Source: Candidatus Eiseniibacteriota bacterium
Lineage (GTDB): Bacteria > Eisenbacteria > RBG-16-71-46 > DASYSL01
DNA length: 21,437 bases
Direction: 5' to 3'
NCBI GenBank assembly: GCA_046598045.1
Contig: JBKJJJ010000063.1
Location: forward strand, 1 to 21,437
In this document: piece after piece, positions 17,652 to 21,437 of the stretch
Numbering within the stretch: the stretch's first letter is position 1
Layout: every line of letters begins with the position of its first letter
Translations under genes and position numbers: made by a program
Notes under the pieces: generated by a model
What the model was told of the DNA's origin: nothing
What the model saw: the letters and a program-made list of their open reading frames with translations, nothing else
The model's database searches: none

Positions 17652-18806
17652 TCAGCTCCGTTTCTTGCGTGCGCGTGCGGGGCGCCCGTACACCACGAGG
17701 TCCTCGCCCAGCGAGAGCGTGAGCGCGGGCTCGAGCCGCCACGCGCCCGCGAGCGTCGTCGCCCGGTCGCCGAAGCCCCACGCGCGCGCCTTGGTGCCGA
17801 GCAGGCGCGGCGCGATGAACAGCCACAGTTCGTCGACCAACTCCAGGTCGGCGAGGCGCGCCGCCAGCGTCGGGCCGCCCTCGACCAGCACATCGTGCCG
17901 CCCCTCGGCCGCGAGCCGCGCGCACAGCACGTCGAGCGCGACGCCGCCGGGCTCGCCCTTCGGCAGGAACCAGATCGCCACGCCGCGCTGCGCGAGCCGC
18001 GCCGCGCGCAGCTCGTGCGCGCGGCGATCGCGCGCCGGGAGCGCCATCGGGTCGAGCGTCGCGACCACGGTCCCGCGCGCCAGCCGGGGCGCGAACAACC
18101 GCGCGCGCGGCGGGAACCTCAGGTCCGAGGAGACGACGACGCGCAGCGGCGCCTCCCCGGCGAGCCGGGCGTCGCGCACCGTGAGCTCCGGATCGTCCCG
18201 GCGCACGGTCTCGGCGCCGACCACGATCGTGTCATGGCGCGCGCGCAGCTCGTGCGCGGCGCGCCGCGACTCGGCGCCGGTGATCCAGCGCGAACCCCCG
18301 CGTGCCGGCGCGATCCTGCCGTCGAGCGACGCCGCGAGCTTGAGCGCAATGCGCGGCCGGCCGCGCTCGTGCGCGCTCAGGTAGCCGGCGTTGAGCGCCC
18401 GCGCCTCGTCCTGGCGCACGCCGACCGTGACCTCGATGCCCGCGCGGCGGAGCCACGCGAAGCCACGGCCCTTGACGCGCGGATCCGGGTCGCGATGCGC
18501 CGCCACGACGCGGCGGATGCCGGCCGCCAGGATCTTCGGGACGCACGGCGGTGTGCGGCCGTCGTGCACGCAGGGCTCGAGCGTGACGTAGAGCGTCGCG
18601 CCCTTCGCGCGCGCGCCGGCCTGCTTGAGCGCGGCGCATTCCGCATGCGGCGCCCCGAGACGGCGATGGAAGCCCCGGCCGACCACGCGCCCCTGGTGCA
18701 CCACGACCGCCCCGACCCGCGGGTTCGGCCGCGTCCGGCCGGCGCCCCGCTCCCCGAGCGTGAGTGCTTCGGCCATGAACTCGTCATCCCTGGATCGTGA
18801 TCGCAC
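17652..18806 (-). CDS. ribD: Bifunctional riboflavin pyrimidine deaminase / reductase; exact start uncertain
   Basis: PNPRVGAV, HAE, TLEPCVHDGRTPPC (Zn site), KLAASLDGRIA, SRWIT, DDPELTVR, VLVEGG. GTG at 18806 chosen; the track's longer start runs into the riboswitch and terminator. Confidence 0.92.
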   Translation of the reverse strand: MRSRSRDDEFMAEALTLGERGAGRTRPNPRVGAVVVHQGRVVGRGFHRRLGAPHAECAALKQAGARAKGATLYVTLEPCVHDGRTPPCVPKILAAGIRRVVAAHRDPDPRVKGRGFAWLRRAGIEVTVGVRQDEARALNAGYLSAHERGRPRIALKLAASLDGRIAPARGGSRWITGAESRRAAHELRARHDTIVVGAETVRRDDPELTVRDARLAGEAPLRVVVSSDLRFPPRARLFAPRLARGTVVATLDPMALPARDRRAHELRAARLAQRGVAIWFLPKGEPGGVALDVLCARLAAEGRHDVLVEGGPTLAARLADLELVDELWLFIAPRLLGTKARAWGFGDRATTLAGAWRLEPALTLSLGEDLVVYGRPARARKKRS

Positions 18807-18853
18807 GGGGCCCCGATGGTTCGATGCGCTGCTGGCCGGATCCTGCTCCCCGG

Positions 18854-18888
18854 AAACGAAAATGCCCCGCGGAGGTTTCCACGGGGCA
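18854..18888 (-). terminator. Intrinsic terminator forming the riboswitch expression platform
   Basis: Minus-strand RNA UGCCCCGUGGA-AACC-UCCGCGGGGCA followed by UUUUCGUUU, between the aptamer and ribD. Confidence 0.8.
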
Positions 18889-18940
18889 GAAGCGAGCACG
18901 CCGAGTCCCACGCCGGACAGGCGCGGGTCAACCCGGCATC

Positions 18941-19066
18941 CCCCTTCTCTCATCCCGACTGTGACGGTCGGCTCCGGAATTTCACCGGATCCTGCCCGGA
19001 CCCCGAGGGGCCCCGGCTCGCGGGCTGTACCGCCGGTGGGGACTTGCGCCCCGCCCCGAAGGAGTC
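18941..19066 (-). promoter_or_regulatory. FMN riboswitch (RFN element)
   Basis: Minus strand CUUCGGGGCGGGGCGCAAGUCCCCACCGGCGGUACAGCCCGCGAGC...GAUCCGGUGAAAUUCCGGAGCCGACCGUCACAGUCGGGAUGAGAGAAG matches the RFN consensus and lies directly upstream of the rib operon. Confidence 0.95.
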
Positions 19067-19072
19067 CCCCGG

Positions 19073-19101
19073 AATCTAACAGGGAATTGGGCCCCGTCCA
19101 A
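19073..19101 (-). promoter_or_regulatory. sigma70-type promoter of the rib operon
   Basis: TTGGAC (19101-19096) - 17 nt - TAGATT (19078-19073) with an extended TG. The predicted start falls at the 5' end of the aptamer. Confidence 0.7.
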
Positions 19102-19114
19102 GGGCTGGCGCCCC

Positions 19115-19149
19115 TAAATGAGTGGGGGGGCCGCTTGCGCGACCCCCCC
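19115..19149 (-). terminator. GC-rich hairpin, probable terminator or 3' stabiliser of the upstream small RNA
   Basis: GGGGGGGUCGC-GCAA-GCGGCCCCCCC: an 11-bp stem whose GNRA loop and U-G pair work only on the minus strand. Followed by ACUCAUUUA, a weak U-tract. Confidence 0.6.
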
Positions 19150-19202
19150 GAACCCCGGTGGGCAGTTGGGATTAGCTGTCCGCACCTTCAACACTTCCGC
19201 GG

Positions 19203-19256
19203 CTAGCTGCTGCCACCTCCGCGATCCTCGGTGCTACCGGTAATCGAACTGGGCAC
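19203..19256 (-). CDS. Putative 17-aa small ORF (MPSSITGSTEDRGGGSS)
   Basis: GTG CCC AGT TCG ATT ACC GGT AGC ACC GAG GAT CGC GGA GGT GGC AGC AGC TAG, starting 7 nt after AGGAGG. Translation is unproven. Confidence 0.4.
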   Translation of the reverse strand: MPSSITGSTEDRGGGSS

Positions 19257-19283
19257 TGGACCACCTCCTTTCCGCGTTGGACA

Positions 19284-19313
19284 ACCCTAGACCCATCGGG
19301 CCGGGGGCTCCAA
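19284..19313 (-). promoter_or_regulatory. Candidate promoter for the small RNA
   Basis: TTGGAG (19313-19308) - 18 nt - TAGGGT (19289-19284), with a T-run upstream. Similar in form to the rib promoter. Confidence 0.45.
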
Positions 19314-19335
19314 GCGAAAAAATCGGGAGGCGTGT

Positions 19336-20394
19336 CTATTTATTATGAAGGATGTGAAGGATGTCGCCGTCGACCACCTTGTAGTCGCGGCCCTCCGTGC
19401 GCTGCCAGCCCTTCTCGCGCGCCTTCGCCTCGGATCCCGCCTCGAGGAACTGCCCGTAGGACATCACGACCGCTCGCACGAAACCCTGCGCCAGGTCGGA
19501 GTGGATCGCGCCCGCGGCGTCGACCGCGGTGTCACCGTCCAGGATCGTCCACGCGCGCACCTCGTCCTCGCCGGCGGTGAGGAAGGAGATCAGCCCGAGC
19601 AGCCGGTACGCCGAGCGCACGAGCATGACCAGCCCGTCCTCGGAAATCCCGTAGGCCTCCCGGAACTGGGCGCGCTCCTCGGCCGGAAGCTGCGCCACCT
19701 CGCGCTCGTCGGCGCACGGCAGCACGACGGTCGACACGCCGGTGCGCTCCCCCGTGGGCGCGGCGAACGGCTGGCCGGAGCCGACGTTGTAGACCACCAG
19801 CAGCGGCTTGCGCGACAGCAACTGGAATCCGCGCAGCGCGCGATCCTCGTCCTTGTCGAACTCCAGCTCGCGCAGCGGGGTCTCCCGATCGAGCACCTCC
19901 TTGCAGCGCCCGAGGACGACTTCCTCGCGTTCGAGTTCGGCGGTCTTCGCGATCCGCTTCTGCTTGACGATGCGCTCGAGGCGGGTCTCGACGATCGCCA
20001 TGTCGTTGAGCAGGATCTCGGCTTCGAGGTCCGCGAGGTCGCGCGCCGGGTCGACCGAACCCTTCGGGTGCGGCACGCTCGGATCCTCGAAGGCGCGCAC
20101 GACCAGCACCAGCGCGTCGGCATTGCGCACGCCCGCGAACAGGTCAGGACCCTTCGCGCCGCCACTCGACGGGCCCTGGCCCATGGCCTGCGAGTCCACG
20201 ACTTCGAGCGTGGCGAACGTGGTCTTCTTGGGCTTGTACATGCCGCTCAGGCGGTCGACGCGCTCGTCGGGCACGCGCAGGATACCGACGCGATCCTGGC
20301 GGGCGCCCGGGGCGCGGGGCGGAGCATTGGACACGAGGATCTCGAACAGCGTCGTCTTCCCGCCTTGCGGCAGGCCAAGGATTCCCAGGCGCAT
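19336..20394 (-). CDS. ychF: YchF/Ola1-family (Obg-like) ATPase with DUF933/TGS C-terminus, divergent paralog type
   Basis: GLPQGGKTT P-loop, VPDERVDRL, PKK, LVVRAFED, VDPARDL, LLSRKP, LISFLTAGEDEVRAWTI, AAGAIHSD...GFVRA, EGRDYKVVDGDI. Confidence 0.85.
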   Translation of the reverse strand: MRLGILGLPQGGKTTLFEILVSNAPPRAPGARQDRVGILRVPDERVDRLSGMYKPKKTTFATLEVVDSQAMGQGPSSGGAKGPDLFAGVRNADALVLVVRAFEDPSVPHPKGSVDPARDLADLEAEILLNDMAIVETRLERIVKQKRIAKTAELEREEVVLGRCKEVLDRETPLRELEFDKDEDRALRGFQLLSRKPLLVVYNVGSGQPFAAPTGERTGVSTVVLPCADEREVAQLPAEERAQFREAYGISEDGLVMLVRSAYRLLGLISFLTAGEDEVRAWTILDGDTAVDAAGAIHSDLAQGFVRAVVMSYGQFLEAGSEAKAREKGWQRTEGRDYKVVDGDILHILHNK

Positions 20395-20398
20395 TCGG

Positions 20399-20632
20399 TT
20401 ATTTCTTCCGGTATTCGAAGGAGAGGATGCTGTGCAGCCGGAGGCGAACTTGCTCGGGGCACTCGAGTGCGGATTCGGAGCGGTAGAGCGAGATCGTCTT
20501 CTTCACCGTATCGATGTACACCCGGCAGTGCGAGCACTCCACGAAGTGTGCCTCGAGGCTCGCGCACAGGTCCTGGGCCGCTTCGGCATCCAGGTAGTCC
20601 GAGAGCTGGGCGATGACGTCCTTACAGTCCAC
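20399..20632 (-). CDS. Small soluble zf-HC2 (ZAS) anti-sigma-factor-like protein, 77 aa
   Basis: GTG after GAGGA gives MDCKDVIAQLSDYLDAE...LEAHFVECSHC, i.e. an N-terminal Cys, the LSxYLD motif and HxxxCxxC. No TM segment. Confidence 0.85.
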   Translation of the reverse strand: MDCKDVIAQLSDYLDAEAAQDLCASLEAHFVECSHCRVYIDTVKKTISLYRSESALECPEQVRLRLHSILSFEYRKK

Positions 20633-20686
20633 GCGGTCCTCGTCTCGTCGGGTCCGGCAACGCCCGCTCAGGCGGGCTTTCGTCGG

Positions 20687-20714
20687 TTGGATGCGGCCCG
20701 ACCCCGCGCGTTCC
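20687..20714 (-). promoter_or_regulatory. ECF-sigma-type promoter upstream of the zf-HC2 gene
   Basis: GGAACgc - 16 nt - TCCAA, resembling RpoE/AlgU-type GGAACtt-N16-TCnAA, about 55 nt before the GTG. Confidence 0.5.
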
Positions 20715-20928
20715 ATCTCATTGTGCGCGAGGGCCGAACGATTTGTCCTGCGCAGGTAACCACGCCGGGCCCGCCGGGGCAAGCCGAAACCACTCCGGCG
20801 AAGTGTCGCAAGTGTTTGTGCCAGCGGCATCTCGCCCCGCTTGATGGAGAGGTGGATTGACCTCAAGCAGACCCCAAATCACGCCGAAAACGGGAATGGA
20901 CGGATTCCCGGCCCCGCCGAATCGGCCC

Positions 20929-20958
20929 TTGCGCCCCGAGGCGGGTCCTCCCTAATCT
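20929..20958 (+). promoter_or_regulatory. Candidate sigma70 promoter for the right-edge gene
   Basis: TTGCGC - 18 nt - TAATCT, 75 nt upstream of the ATG at 21034. Confidence 0.4.
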
Positions 20959-21033
20959 GGCCGTGCCGCGACCACGAGGGTCGACGGCCACGAGCGGCGT
21001 GCCTTCCTCGGTCCCGAGTCATGGAGGAATGAG

Positions 21034-21437
21034 ATGCGGAGTTTCTTTCCGGTTAGCCTGATCGCCCTCGCGCTTGCGCTGGCGGCCCCGCCGGCAGGCG
21101 CGGCGGAATCCATCGTCGACCGGCCGCCCATGGATCTCGGCGGCGACCAGACCGGGACGGTTGCGCGGGTCGGGCAGGACCTGCTCGACGCGCCGCACTC
21201 GAATGCCTGGTGGTTCGACGCCGGCGTGTCCTACCCGATGGGCACGCTCAAGAAGGGCAACATCGACCCGGGTCTCCTCGTGCGCGTCAACCACCAGGTC
21301 TACCGGCGCGACATGCTCGGGATCGTGGGCTCGGTCGGCACGTTCTTCGGCCAGGACTCGTACTTCAACGACGCGCAGGAGGCGATCGCGCAGAGCGCGC
21401 CGATCACTGTGGACGGCTACAGCGGCATCGATATCCG
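21034..21437 (+). CDS. Secreted protein, possibly an outer-membrane beta-barrel; runs off the right edge
   Basis: Not in the ORF track. GGAGG at 21023-21027, ATG 21034, open to the edge. Signal peptide MRSFFPVSLIALALALAAPPAGA, then strand-like segments WWFDAGVSYPMG, PGLLVRVNHQVY and LGIVGSVGTFFG. Confidence 0.7.
   Translation, partial: MRSFFPVSLIALALALAAPPAGAAESIVDRPPMDLGGDQTGTVARVGQDLLDAPHSNAWWFDAGVSYPMGTLKKGNIDPGLLVRVNHQVYRRDMLGIVGSVGTFFGQDSYFNDAQEAIAQSAPITVDGYSGIDI

Larger units (their letters stand above)
19115..19280 (-). ncRNA. Putative unassigned small RNA / sORF transcript with extended complementarity to the 16S rRNA 3' end
   Basis: Bounded by a promoter-like motif (19313-19284) and the hairpin at 19149-19124. 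Contains GAAAGGAGGUGGUCCAG and a second GGAGGUGG. Confidence 0.5.

Noticed and set aside
19256..19272. Remnant of a 16S rRNA gene or assembly chimera
   Set aside because: Identity stops at 17 nt and the flanks do not continue the 16S sequence. The context (start codon, promoter-like motif, hairpin) fits a minus-strand element better.
19160..19290. SRP RNA, 6S RNA or tRNA
   Set aside because: No SRP domain IV signature (CAGG..GNAA..AGCAG arrangement), no long 6S-like rod with a central bubble that I could fold, and no cloverleaf or T-loop.
20807..20830. CAA-N4-TTG IHF-like core (also at 9633-9642)
   Set aside because: Only the core matches, the WAT flank is missing, and it is too short to support by eye.
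57..20860. Many long plus-strand ORFs in the track (e.g. 1424-2734, 5296-7728, 15779-17089, 19345-20616)
   Set aside because: They are antisense shadows of well-supported minus-strand genes in high-GC DNA and carry no recognisable family motifs.
20633..20866. N-terminal extension of the zf-HC2 ORF to 155 aa
   Set aside because: Non-protein-like sequence that overlaps the promoter region; an SD plus GTG at 20632 coincides with the domain start.
1..21437. CRISPR arrays, IS elements, integrases, prophage genes, frameshifted pseudogenes
   Set aside because: No regularly spaced repeats, terminal inverted repeats or mobile-element motifs were seen. All called genes appear intact, and the frequent CGCGCG runs reflect composition.

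Overview
High-GC bacterial DNA with almost all genes on the minus strand, reading right to left. (1) A small zf-HC2 anti-sigma-like gene behind an ECF-type promoter, directly followed by an atypical ychF. (2) A ~150-nt intergenic unit with its own promoter-like motif and GC hairpin. It holds a 17-nt complement to the 16S rRNA 3' tail in front of a 17-codon ORF. (3) A sigma70-type promoter, FMN riboswitch and terminator leading into ribD-ribE-ribBA-ribH-nusB. This continues through start/stop overlaps into a metallophosphoesterase, ATP-grasp enzyme, PHP protein, GT4 and polysaccharide deacetylase. (4) A second promoter with a near-leaderless start drives a glycosylation cluster: SAM methyltransferase, GT4 (apparent CTG start), DUF2723/TMEM260-like GT-C with TPRs, NAD-dependent epimerase, polyprenyl-phosphate GT2, HddC-like nucleotidyltransferase, HddA-like GHMP kinase, GT4, and a second GT-C-like gene cut by the left edge. 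A divergent secreted protein starts at the right edge on the plus strand. Starts were re-assigned by hand from overlaps and SD sites. All family calls come from motif recognition, not database searches.
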